From: Malacoraja senta
Taxonomy: Eukaryota
Direction: 5' to 3'
Assembly (NCBI GenBank): GCA_038087875.1
Contig: CM075987.1
Location: 22,630,001 to 22,694,000 of the forward strand
Length of the DNA: 64,000 nt
The stretch's first letter is position 1; the number at the start of each line of letters is the position of its first letter. The position numbers and the translations under genes are program-made. This document shows positions 1 through 11,507 of this stretch, piece by piece. The notes beneath the pieces were generated by a model that was not told where the DNA came from, ran no database searches, and saw only the letters and a list, made by a program, of their open reading frames with translations.

Positions 1-234
1 TAGGTCTTCTATGGTTTGGACGGGGGGGGGAGGGGGTGCAGAGGGTAGAATGGGCTGATGAGATTAGGGGTCGTGATGGTGACCCACAGGACTCATTGGG
101 ACATGATGAGCCCGTCTTAAAGCAAGGAAGTAATGCTGAGGCTTTATAAGGCGCTGGTGAAGCCACATTTGGAATATGGTGAGCAGTTTTGGACGCCATA
201 ATTGAAGAAGAATGTGCTGGCGTTGAGGTGTTTA

Positions 235-1600
235 ACATAGAAAATAGGTGCAGGAGTGGGCCATTCGGCCCTTCAAGCCAGCACCGTCATTCAATATGAT
301 CATGGCTGATCATCCAAAATCAGTGCCCCGTTCTGGCTTTTTCCCCATATCCCTTGATTCCCTTAGCATTAAGAGCTAAATCTAACTCTCTTGAAAACAT
401 AGAAACATAGAAAATAGGTGCAGGAGGAGGCCATTCAGCCCTTCGAGCCAGCACTGCCATTCATTGTGATCATGGCTGATCGTCCCCAATCAATAACCCG
501 TGCCTGCCTTTTCCCCATATCCCTTGATTCCACTAGCCCCTAGAGCTCTATCTAACTCTCTCTTAAATCCATTCAGTGATTTGGCCTCCACTGCCCTCTG
601 TGGCAGGGAATTCCAAAAATACACAACTCTCTGGGTGAAAAAGTTTTTTCTCACCTCAGTCTTAAATGGCCTCCCCTTTTTTCTAAGACTGTGGCCCCTG
701 GTTCTGGACTCGCCCAACATTGGGAACATTTTTCCTGCATCTAGCTTGTCCAGTCCTTTTATAATTTTATATGTTTCTATAAGATTCTCCCCTCATCCTT
801 CTAAAATCCAGTGAATTCAATCTTTCCTCATATGACAGTCTCGCCATCCCAGGGATCAATCTCGTGAACCTACGCTGCACTGCCTCAATCACAAGGATGT
901 CCTTCCTCAAATTAGGAGACCAAAACTGTACACAATACTCCAGGTGTGGCCTCACCAGAGCCCTATACAACTGCAGAAGAACCTCTTTACTCCTATACTG
1001 AAATCCTCTTGTCATGAAGGCCAACATTCCATTAGCTTTCTTTACTGCCTGCTGTACCTGCACGCCAACTTTCAGTGACTGGATGTACAAGGACATCCAG
1101 GTCTCGCTGCACCTCACCCTTACCTAACCCCATTGAGATAATAATCTGCCCCCTTGTTTTTGCCACCAAAGTGGATAACCTCACATTTATCTATATTATT
1201 ATACTGCATCGGCCACGCATCTGCCCACTCACTCAACCTGTCCAGGTCACCCTGCAACCTCCTAACATCCTCTTCACAGTTCACACTGCCACCCAGCTTT
1301 GTGTCCAAACATCCAGTGAATTGGCCTCCACTGCCTTCTGTGGCAGAGAATTCCACAGATTCACAACTCTCTGGGTGAAAAAGTTTTTTCCTCATCTCAG
1401 TCCTAAATAGCCTACCCCTTATTCATAAATTGTAACCCCTGGTTCTGGACTCCCCCAACATCGGGAACATTTTTCCTGCATCTACCCTGTCCAATCCTCT
1501 AAGAATTTTATATGTTTCTATAAGATCCCCTCTCACTCTTCTAAATTCCAGCGAATACAAGCCCAGTCGACTCATTCTTTCATCATATGTCAGTCCCCCA
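235..1600 (-). mobile_element. Nested CR1-type LINE 3' fragments (inner copy about 397-1306 inside an outer copy)
   Basis: Track ORFs give CR1 ORF2 C-terminal motifs [49 protein letters not shown]; (ACATAGAA)n tail. Confidence 0.9.
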
Positions 1601-1607
1601 AAACATT

Positions 1608-1925
1608 TGTTTAGATTTTAGTTTAAAGATACAGCATGGAAACAGGCCCTTTGGCTCACCGAGTCTGCACCGACCAATGATCACCCATACACTATTTCTA
1701 TATGATCAAAGTTTTGCTTCCTACACACCTGGGGGCAATTTACAGAAGCCAATTAATCTACAAACATGCATGTCTTTGGCATGTGGGATGAAACCGGAGC
1801 ACCCGGAGAAAACACAGGGTCACAGGGAAAACATACAAATTGTATACAGACTACACCCGTAGTCGGGATCGAACCCAGTTCTCTGGCGCTGTAAGACAAC
1901 AGCTCTACCGCTGATCCACTGTGCC
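1608..1925 (-). mobile_element. tRNA-derived V-SINE (HE1-like)
   Basis: Head GGCACAGTGG..GGTAGAGC..GGTTCGATCCC (A and B boxes), central CTCCGGGTGCTCCGGTTTC.TCCCACA domain, CR1-like tail. Confidence 0.85.
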
Positions 1926-2700
1926 AAGATGGTCCAGAGGAGTTTTACGAGAATGACCCAGGAGATGATTGGATTAACATATGTGGAGCTTTTGATGTCT
2001 CTGGGCCTGTACTCGGTGGAGTTTAGGATGGGGGGGGGGGGTGGTATTGAAACCTACCGGATAATGAAAGGCCCAGAGTGGACGTGGAAAGGATGTTTCC
2101 AGTAATGGGAGAGTCTAGAGACACAGCCTCAGAAGAAAAAGACATGTCTTCACAATGGAGATGAGGAAGGATTTCTTTAGCCAGAGATTCATTGCCACAG
2201 ATGGCTATGAAGGCCAAGACATTGGGTATTTATAAAGCAGGGATTGATTGAGAGATATATGAGGATATTGCCAGGATGGAGAGTAGATGCAATCTTTTAC
2301 CCAGAGTAGGGGAATCAACAGCCAGAGGACATATGTTTAAGGGAAGAGGGGGAAAGATTTAATAGGAATCTGAGGGGCAACATTTTCCACACAGAGGGTG
2401 GTGGGTATATGGAATGAGCTGCTGGAAGAGGTAGTTGAGGCAGAAACTATACCAACATTTAAAAGACATTTGGACAGGTACGTGGAGAGAAAAGGTTTAA
2501 GGGGATTTGGGCCAAAAGCAAGCAGGTAGGACTAGTGCAGATGTGACACCTTGTGCAGATGTGGTCCAAAGGGCCTGTTTCCATGTTGTATGACTCTATG
2601 AATGCATTTGAGAGGGAAAAATAGATGAGCCATGATTGAATGGTGGAGTAGACTCGATGGGCCAAACGGCTAAATTTTGCTCCTATGTCTTATGGTCAAA
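1926..2700 (+). mobile_element. Degenerate CR1-type LINE 3' fragments
   Basis: GTCCAGAGGAGTTTTACGAGAATGA, TTTTCCACACAGAGGGTGGTGGGTATATGGAATGAGCTG, GGGCCTGTTTCCATGTTGTATGACTCTATG tail. Confidence 0.75.
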
Positions 2701-3176
2701 GGACAGAGCACCAGCAAAATTATAGAATAAAATTACACGATAAACGGAAGTCCAGAAGTAAACTGAATGCACAGTGAACCAAGAAATATTAATGCCAATT
2801 TATAGACAGCAAACTCCCACCATGAGCACCTTATCTTAGAGAGTAAACAGTGGTGACAACACTGGGGAGAACTTCCCTCTTCCTGACAACAGTTTCCTCT
2901 GGGTTTTTTACGCCCATCTCCCAAGATAGACCATGCATGCGCCAGTCGAACTACTCTACAGTGATAAAATGGCGTAGCAGTGTTGCAGTCCTCTGCCCAG
3001 GTGGATAAACCTAGGTCTTAGGTACTCAAGTCGCTGCAGTGTGACGCAAGCCTCCAAGGTGAGAATGTAACCAATTAAGCTAAAGTGGACACATTGAATT
3101 CTGTAGACAATTTGCAGCGGATTTAATGCAAAATAATTTGCAAACTTGCCCACCTTGGTTGTGGAGATATTCGTAC

Positions 3177-3988
3177 CTGCTCCGAAGATCCTCTGAAAGG
3201 ATGGGAACCATGACACTGCTTGAAGAAGTCATGGAAATAGAGGATTGACTGTCCTCGGTGCCTTGAGATGGGCTAAGAAAATGGTTTTGCTGGTTTGACT
3301 GCCCCTTCCCAGCCGCTTGAATGTAATCCACATAATCCAGGTCGATCCGATTACTGGTCCTTAGTGCTGACGACTCTATATTAACAGCAATGGGAGGGAG
3401 CAGCTTGGTGTGCACCACTGGGGGCAGCTTCCTCCTGCCCGATGGCACTGGTTTATCAATGGCAGGTTCTTTGGGCTCGGAATCCAGGTGGGGAGGGCTG
3501 TTCCAGAACTCTGTCGTGCTGCCGGCTGACCTGCCGATCTCACAATCTCGCAGGCTGCTGCTGCTGCTGCTGCTGCTACCCCGAGACAAGAGCTTCTGGG
3601 AAGCCGCTGCAGACCTCCCCTTGAGACCCAGCAAGGGGGAGCCCGAGAAATCTCCGTAGTGAGAGCCGCACGACGAGTCAGTGTCGGCGGGTTCCGAAGA
3701 GCTCTCCTGGCTGCTCCTGACCTTTGCTCTCCGGTTGACCTTCATGCTCTCCAGCGAGTGCAGGCGGAGCAGCCGGCTCTGCCGCGGAGGCTTCGGTTTC
3801 ACCGGCGGTCGTGGGATTAAAGGCACCTCCAGTCCTTGCACCCCATGGCCCAACTCTTCCGAAGGGTACATCACAGTGTCACCAAGGAATGGGGTGGATC
3901 CCTCCATGTCCTCTGGACAAACTCCGCTGTCCAACTCAGTGATCAGGTTTGAGGTGCCGTGCACCAGCAGTTCCATCTGGTCACTCAT
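3177..3988 (-). CDS. INPP5E: First coding exon of an inositol polyphosphate 5-phosphatase E-like gene (N-terminal Pro/Ser-rich region); gene continues beyond the window start
   Basis: Acceptor TTTTACGTTAG|4236; ATG 3988 after an in-frame TAA; donor RSR AG|GTACGA at 3177 (phase 2). Motifs PRPPVKPKPPR..LHSLE, SSALRTSNRIDLDYVDY and SVMVPILSEDLRSR match recalled INPP5E LRTANKVDSDLADY and LLAPIRSKDVRSR. Lies directly downstream of SEC16A on the same strand, as in human. Confidence 0.8.
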
Positions 3989-4683
3989 TCTCACATAACA
4001 GTGCGACTTTATATCAAGCAAAGTGTGTGCAGCTGGGAACCGCCTGATGTTAATGCCTCTCCCAGGTTAGAAAAACACTTAGAGGTGCTCTGTTCCCACC
4101 GTCAGTGATCCTCTGTGCGGACTGCCACATCCTATGATTTGTGTGGAGGGACCAGGCGAGATCAACAGCATAAACAGGTGCAGTAGTGGAGTCCTGATTG
4201 GTTTCCAGAAGTTCCAGGGACGCCACACAACAGCACCTAACGTAAAACAAACAGAACTGAGGACATTTGGAATGGATGGTATTACATTTATTTATGTAAT
4301 CTTAAAAAAAAGACCTTCCAACTCAGAAGTGAGAGCGTTGAACCACAACTTCCATTTTGGTGATGGGCAAAGGATCCTAGGACATTTCGCAGAGGGGACA
4401 CATGCCCATTGCTTGTGCAAATAAACGTGAAGAATGGGCATTAGATCAATAATGTAGATTTGATTGAGAGAAATTTTAATCTTTGTAAGTATAAAAATCA
4501 GAAACCGAGTCAAGAATGGACAAAAGATCTAGCAAGCAGATTCAGTTAAATCTCCCAAAAGCGAGCTTGGCAGATGAAACTCAGTGTTCTGTCACCAGTT
4601 GGTGCTGGTCGTGTGTAATACTGTGCTCCTCCTTCTGTTGCCATCCACTGGGAGAGTGTAACCAAGGGCTTCCCTCCTCTCAC

Positions 4684-4895
4684 CTCACCAAATGGCACAA
4701 CCCACGATCTCACTGTACAAGTGTGCGTAGTGGGGCCACTTCCAACTCCCAGACGCACCTTTCTCGCGTCCGTCCAGCATCGCCGGAGTAGACATGAATG
4801 AAGGATATCACGAGGAGGCGCCCATCCGGGTGGGTTATTATATATTGCCATGAAAGCCACCAGTGTGCCGTTTCTCGGGTGAACCGTTTCAGGAT
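4684..4895 (-). other. Candidate additional 5' UTR exon of the INPP5E-like gene
   Basis: Strong acceptor GTTGTTTTTTTCCTCAACAG|4895; donors TTG|GTGAGG (4689) or GAG|GTGAGA (4684); CpG-containing; no transcript evidence. Confidence 0.4.
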
Positions 4896-6269
4896 CTGTT
4901 GAGGAAAAAAACAACTAGAAAGTGTGCAGAGCAAATTGACTAGGGGCGAGGGACTTCCCCAATGTGAAAACATGAAACAATCTGGAAATATTCACCTTGG
5001 CACAAAGGAGGGAAAAGACTTGAAAAAGAGGAGTTCAAAATCATGAAGGGTTTTGACAGGGTAAATAAGGAGGAGCAATTTCCATTGGTAGGAGAGTTAT
5101 GAGCCAGAAGGTAGAAGAGGGGACTTAGTTATCATCTGCTGGCACTGCCTGTAAGCCTGGTGGTAGCACATTCAGATGGATACTTTTCGGGAACAATTCG
5201 CAGGACATGGAAGAGCAGAGGGTTGTAGGACAAATTGGATAACTGGCACGAGCAATAATGGGCTGAATCGCTTCCTTCCATGCTATCATTATAATTTTTA
5301 GAAATAAACATTTATAGATAAAACTGCCATTTACACAGGACTTTTCACAATCTCCACATTCCATATGCACGTTTTATTTCCAATTTCAGGTAACTCACAG
5401 CCCCTGTGTCCGGTTCTCTCTTCCCATCCACCCTGATCCTCACACACATCTGGCCCTTCCCACATTGTCCCCAACTCCCTATTACTCCATTTCCTTCCCA
5501 CCCTCCACACCCACTCCATCTGCCCTGCATAATGAAAGATGAAAATAGATGACCAAAAGCTTGCACTAAAATCTGAATGCAGAGAGGTTTAGAAAGGAAC
5601 TTCCAGAACTCGGGGGTTTGGAACATGGAAAGCCCATTGTGGGGCATATAAAACTGGGGACATGCATAAACTGGGTAACAGAGGTGATATCAGAGCTTCA
5701 GTCAGGTCTCATATCCTCAAGTCGCTCTATCTTGAGTTGCTTAAGAGGCACTTTTTTGGCATATGCTTTTGCCTTAAGGCTTGGTGCAACATTTAATATA
5801 TTCTTGTACATGGGAAAGAATGAGTCACTGGAAGCTTTTGAAGACTAAATAATTCTGTAACAACTGTGTCCCCGGGAACCAGATTTAATTAACAAACACA
5901 GTGGTATTGAGTGATAAGGAGCTGGTAAGAGTTGAGGTATAGGCACCCAAGTTTTGGATGAGCTGAGGGTGGATGATTAGAGCCTAACCGGAAGACAGAC
6001 TTGGACCCTTTTCAGTTCTATACGCCTCAGGGCTACATCAGCTTAGCGATTTCTCGTCAAGAATCCAGGCTTGGTCCTATTTACCCGTGACCACCTCAAA
6101 CTCCCCCTCACCTGCATCCACCTGAGACCTCCCTTAACCCGCATCCACCACAGACCTCCCTCACCTGTATCCACTTCTGACCCCTTCTTACCTGCAGACC
6201 TTCCCCCCCTAACCCGTATTCACCTCAAATCCCTTCTCACCAGCCACATTCCAGACACTGTCTCGCTCC

Positions 6270-6331
6270 AGCTTTCTCTTCCCTACTACATTCAGTCTCA
6301 CTGAAGAGGGGTCCCGACCCGAAATGTCGCC

Positions 6332-6365
<34 letters not shown>

Positions 6366-6405
6366 CCCCACACCACAGACGCTGCCCGACCCGCGTTACT
6401 CCAGC
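6270..6405 (+). mobile_element. Penelope terminal-repeat fragment with hammerhead-like core, interrupted by (CTGT)n
   Basis: CTGAAGA-GGGGTCCCGACCC-GAAA-TGTC at 6301-6328. Confidence 0.7.
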
Positions 6406-6890
6406 TCTCTCTCCTGCGGCTGCCTGGTGTCATGTCCCCCGTGGAGGGAGGCTGGCCTCAGCCCCGGGAGAAGTGCGTCGCCTTGCCGCAGTAGCTGAGG
6501 GACATACATCGCGCTGCCCGCGGGTGGGAGCAGCCGGAGAGGGGGAGCGGGACTCGACCGTCGGGTAAACACTTCAATCCGCGCTCCCTCCCTCCCCCCC
6601 ACCCAGGGCCCCTGCTCACGGAGATTTAACTCCCCGCTCCCCACCTACCTCACTCACTCACTCACTCACTCACTCGGCCCCGCTCCCCACGTTGTTCTCT
6701 CCGCTCCCGAGAGTCGGTGCCATGAAACAAGCGGCGGCCCCTAGCAACACGGAGCGGCGCGGGGCATGGCGGGCAAGTGGAGGACCGGCCCGGAGGACAG
6801 CGGCGCTCGCTGGCGGCTCGGTGCGCGGTGCATTCCGGGATGCTGGAGGACCCAGGGGCAGCCTAGGGCGGTCATCCGCGTTGAGGTTTA
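6370..6890 (-). promoter_or_regulatory. CpG island; probable promoter and non-coding first exon of the INPP5E-like gene
   Basis: Dense non-repeat CpG with GC boxes; minus-strand donors GTGAGT (tandem, 6651-6674) and GAG|GTAGGT (exon end 6649). Confidence 0.7.
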
Positions 6891-6989
6891 TCATTTCCCC
6901 CCCCCCCCCCTCTCCCCCTCCCTGTGTACAGTGGGAATCTGAAGTGTGAAGGAGGAAGGGGCTCCACCCGAAACATTCCTTCCCACTAT

Positions 6990-7676
6990 GGGCCACAGAG
7001 ACCATTCCCTCCGCAACTCCCTGGTCAACTTGTCCCTCCCCACCCAAACCCCCTCCTCCCCAGGTACTGTCAACCACAGGAGATGCAACACCTGTCCCTT
7101 TACCCTCCCCCCCCCCTCCCCCTCGACTCCATCCAAGGACCCTGACCGTCTTTCCAGGTGAGGTAGATGTTCACTTGCACCTCCTCCAACCTCATCTACC
7201 GTATCCGCTGTTCCAGGTGTCAACTTCTTCTGTACATCGGCACTCGGCCATCGTTTCGCTGAACACCTCCACTCGGTCCGCCTTAACCTATCTGATATCC
7301 CGGTTGCTCAACACTTCAACTCCCCCCTCCCAATCTGACCTTTCTGTCCTGGGCCCCCTCCATTGTCAGAGTGAGGCCCAGCACAAATTGGAGGAACAAC
7401 ACCTCATATTTTGCTTGGGTAGTTTACACCCCAGCGGTATGAATATTGACTTCTCTAACTTCAAATAGCCCTTGCTTTCCCTCTCTCTCTCCATCCCCTC
7501 CCCCTTCCCAGTTCTCCCACCAGACTTACTGTCTCCGACTATATTCTATCTCTGTCTTCCCCACTCCCCTGACATCAAGTCTTCAGTAGGGTCTCAACCC
7601 AAACCGTCACCCATTCCTTCTCTCCAGAGATGGTGCCTGTCCCGCTGAGTTACTCCAGCATTTTGTGTCTGTCTAC
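6990..7676 (+). mobile_element. Penelope-like (Neptune-type) retroelement 3' fragment: Cys linker, GIY-YIG endonuclease remnant and terminal repeat
   Basis: RDHSLRNSLV..RRCNTCP; FTCTSSNLIYRIRCSRCQLLLYIG; EAQHKLEEQHLIFCLGSLHPSGMNIDFSNFK*; then a degenerate hammerhead-like motif and GAGATG.TGCCTGTCCCGCTGAGTTACTCCAGC. Confidence 0.85.
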
Positions 7677-9344
7677 AGCAAGAAGCCTTGTTTTGTATGC
7701 TATCCAATTAGATCAGATAATACTCTACATAAATATAATCAAGCCAAACTCAAGTACAATAGGTATAGCAAAGGGGAAGATAGTTATAGTTCTTAGGATT
7801 GTAGCACAACAGTTCCAGCGAAAAAGTCAAATGTCCACTACTTGATAAAGATGAATTGGACAGTAAATTAGGGTATGTATTTGAGCCCTCCATTAAGGAT
7901 CATTGCACCAGTGTGTCTCCTGCCCCCTTCGATTACAGGAAACCCTCACAAAGCCTTGCCATTGATTGGAAGCACTGAGCTATGGTCACAGACTGCAGCC
8001 GAACAGGATCACTGGAATAAATGCTGTCCTGGAATGAGAGTAGATGAGTTATGACCTGCATAGACCGATCACAGGGTGATCTGCAAGGTCATTGATTTGC
8101 AAACAAATCAAACTTCTGACAGTTCAGGTGAATATTAATTGCTTAAGATCCCATGGGAATAGGAACAGGATGCCAGACCAACAATCCTCAAGCATCATAT
8201 GATTTGATTAAATGGTCATTACCTCATGCTGTCCATGCCAAGTTTGCACAAACTCCAGTGGGTTCTGTGTTTTCCTCCACCTCCCACATATGATTCGTAG
8301 GTTAAATGACTAGTAATTTATCTCTAGAGTGGGTGGGTGCAAGAAACACAGTAGATCAACTCGTGTAAGAGAATAGATTACAAGAATAACTTGCGAAAGA
8401 GATGGAAAGGACTGTTTGCAAAATAAATTGCAAATATAAAATGACTCAACTGTTAATTGAAACAAAATGGTGGAAATACAAATGCAGGTACCATTCTGGG
8501 GCAGGAAAGAAAGAGGGGGAAACAAATTTGGACAAGTTGCAGAGAGTGTGAGGGAAGGGTAGATTGGACAAAAGTGAATCTGATAGGCAAGGCCCAGATT
8601 GCCAGGTGGTATGTTATCTAGGTCCTTCATTCAATGGGAGAGGCAGAGGATAAAATGTGTTGCACGCAGCAAGGGTGTGGGACATGCCGAACAAGTTAAG
8701 ATGCACTTATGAAGGAAAAAAAATGGATGCCTTACAGCAGGACTGGCCACTTTGGATATAGAGAATGCAAGTCACCTAATGTTAGAGAATTTGCTATTGT
8801 GTGAAAGACTTCATGTGGCCAGACAGGAATTAAGGTTCTGTTCCTTCATACTGCACCTGGACATGTTGCAACCTTCCTTTCAACTGATGCTGAGTGTTTC
8901 CAGCATTCTGTTTTTGTTTCAGTTTTCCAGCATCTGCAGTTTGATTTTGAGACTTTTAAGTATTGCGTCTGGAGATACAAGACAATTCCACCAAAAGCCA
9001 CCGCACAAAATAATTTACATTAATAGCACAAAGCATAATAGTAATTTTATCTGTCCCCCATTTAATGTAACCCTTCTCTATCTCAGTCATAGAGAGATGC
9101 AGCGCCCAAAAGGCTTCAACTCACCAATTTGCACCATCCATCAAGCAACACGTTTATTAATCCCACTTAGTATTTGCTCCACATTCTTATCTCCTGCTCT
9201 CAGGGTGCTACAAGTCACCTATACAGTAAGGGCAATTTGCACTGGCCATTTTGCCGATCAACCTGTGTGCCTTTAGGATGTGGGATGAAACCAGAGAGAT
9301 CACAGAGAGAACATGAAAACTCCACAGGCTGCAGCGAATTGTTT

Positions 9345-9730
9345 GATCAGCTGAGAAGGTTGTTGGCTGCAACCTTCCCCCCGTACACTGCAATTGCCAG
9401 GAAGCGAGCGGGTAAGATCATCTCCGACCTCTCTCACCCTGGCCACAAACTCTTTGAAACACTTCCCTCTGGAAGGTGACTCCGGACCGTCAAAGCCGCC
9501 ACAGCCAGACATAAAAACAGCTTTTTTTCCCCACGAGCAGCTCTACTCAATAACCAAAAGTCTGTAGCCTCCTTTTGCTCTGGTATTTTATATCATTCAC
9601 ATGTTTAAACTATAATGTTTTATTCTTAATGTTTTATGTTTTATTCTTATGTTGTCTTGTTACTTGCGAGTGGAGCACCAAGGCAAATTTCTTGTATGTG
9701 AACATACTTAGCCAATAAACTTATTAATTC
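9345..9730 (+). mobile_element. Rex1/Babar-type LINE 3' end inserted in a minus-strand V-SINE remnant
   Basis: ARKRAGKIISDLSHPGHKLFETLPSGR followed by RHKNSFF; AATAAA-bearing tail. Confidence 0.75.
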
Positions 9731-10299
9731 ACACAAAATAGCATTGCACTTGAGGTCAAGATTGAGCCTGGGCCTCTGACTCAGTGAGGCAATGGCTAAT
9801 TAACATCGATCTGAATTGTTACTGCTTTGGTTTAATGTTTGCAAAGAGCACCATCTATGCTGCCCTTCTCATATGTATGCACCTCCTCTTAGAGCCTTTA
9901 CATCATCTAACTCCTTATCATCACCAGCATCTAGATCCAACAGAGGGTGATTTTTTTAGTGCATATTAGTTTAAGTTGCCATTCCTTCATTCAGAAGCTG
10001 TTTGGAACTAGATATTTATGTCAAAAAGGTCTCAATTTTGAATCCCCCCTCAGACATTCCTGAACAAGATATTTATTTGAACCGTATTTTCTCGTAGCCA
10101 AATCCTCTGGTTGTAGTAAATTTCTCTTGATTTCTCTCCAGGGCTTTGCACTGTTAATAGATTGCAACTAATAGGAGGTCTGCATCTTACGTTGTGCGTT
10201 TGTACTGCTGTTCCAAGGGCAGCTGGGTTTACATGGGGAATCTCGATGGAAGTGCAGTCACTGTCTTATAACAAAATGCAGTCCCAGCAAATGGTTAAA

Positions 10300-11438
10300 A
10301 GTGTTCCAGAACGCAAAATATTTTATTTCATTTTACAGTGTGCATCCTTAAAACATAAGAAAATAAACTCCTTAGGCAAGAAAGCCTCCGAATTTGAAAT
10401 ACTGTGCAGTCTTCACAAGAGAAAGTAATTCTTTGGAATCAAAAAAGTAGCAACATTGGGATACAGTTAAAGACAGTGGGTCTGGGGGTTAGGTTGGAGG
10501 CAAGAGGGTAAAGAGGGGGAGGAAAGAAAATCACATTGAAGGGCATTAGATCAGCTGATTTCATTCTGTACATTACGATTCCAAAATTGCACTGTATTTT
10601 CATGGTGATTTTGTATGTTGCTGCCTAACATACAAATTTGCATATCACCTTCGGAATACTGTTGAATTTGAGGGGCTTTTAGTTTGAGGCCACTGCCCCC
10701 CACTCCCTTCAAGTAGTTAGACATTTCTAACCACCTCCTGCCATGTCTGTCACGCCATTTTCCAGAATAAGAGAGAGAGAGAGAGAGAGAGCGAGAGAAC
10801 TTCTATATTACATCTCTAAAATTTATTCACACAGTACTCCAGATATTTCAAAGTATTAATATACAACAGGTGGATCTGGCTATACAGTACTCTTTTACAA
10901 CAGCCTTATATATTACCTAAATACAAATGGTCAGAGTCAATCTTTTAATTATTTCTATCTGTTAACCCTCCCTCGGAAACCCCCCCTGCAAAGAAAAACT
11001 TCAAGTACATTTTTGCTGTTTTGAAACAAATGCTACCGCCAACCTAAAATTTTGAGCCGGGCTCTTCTGGGTGTGCCATTATCTGCTTACGCCATTTTGA
11101 CTTCACGGTAGACATTCTCACGTTTACAGTCACATTCAAAGGGGACACGTTTCTTTTTAAATCGCAATGCAATGTGACTGCAAGCCCTCCACATACAGCA
11201 CCTCGCAATGTCTAGAAAAAACATTGTATTTTATACAGGGTCATTTTCAATCCCTAGGCACCTCTCAATGAGGTTTGCAGCTCAAAAATTGTCCTGTCTT
11301 GGAGCCCTTACAATTTAATGTTTTTAAACGTACATCGGTCTGGTTTAATCACCTGTATTTGCCCAGAACACATCACCTGCACCCATCCCTATTAAGGGTT
11401 TACAATATTATTTATTCCAGGGTTCGTTTTAGATTTCT
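10300..11438 (-). other. Probable SEC16 3' UTR with candidate AATAAA signals at 11411-11416, 10822-10827 and 10322-10327
   Basis: Transposon-poor AT-rich sequence after the stop codon; TTTATT on the + strand; the site actually used is unknown. Confidence 0.5.
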
Positions 11439-11507
11439 TTATTTTAGCGTTGGATATTTTCTTTGCCCGAACCGTCCTTGTCGAGAAGCTGTGGTGCTGG
11501 CTGTGGG
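11439..11507 (-). CDS. SEC16A: SEC16 last coding exon ([22 protein letters not shown])
   Basis: TTTCCAG| acceptor; TAA at 11439-11441; resembles the SEC16A GRIGQRK terminus. Confidence 0.92.
   Translation of the reverse strand, partial: PTASTTASRQGRFGQRKYPTLK

Noticed and set aside
1855-1925. tRNA-like sequence with A and B boxes (also other SINE heads)
   Set aside because: SINE head fused to a V-domain and LINE tail; no full cloverleaf.
3080-4021. 313-aa single-exon gene as given in the ORF track
   Set aside because: It starts at TTG and runs past the splice donor at 3177; the real unit is a spliced exon.
8752-9276. 174-aa ORF (likewise 43516-44037 and 54092-54604)
   Set aside because: They run through repeat remnants or antisense to an exon; no homology recognised.
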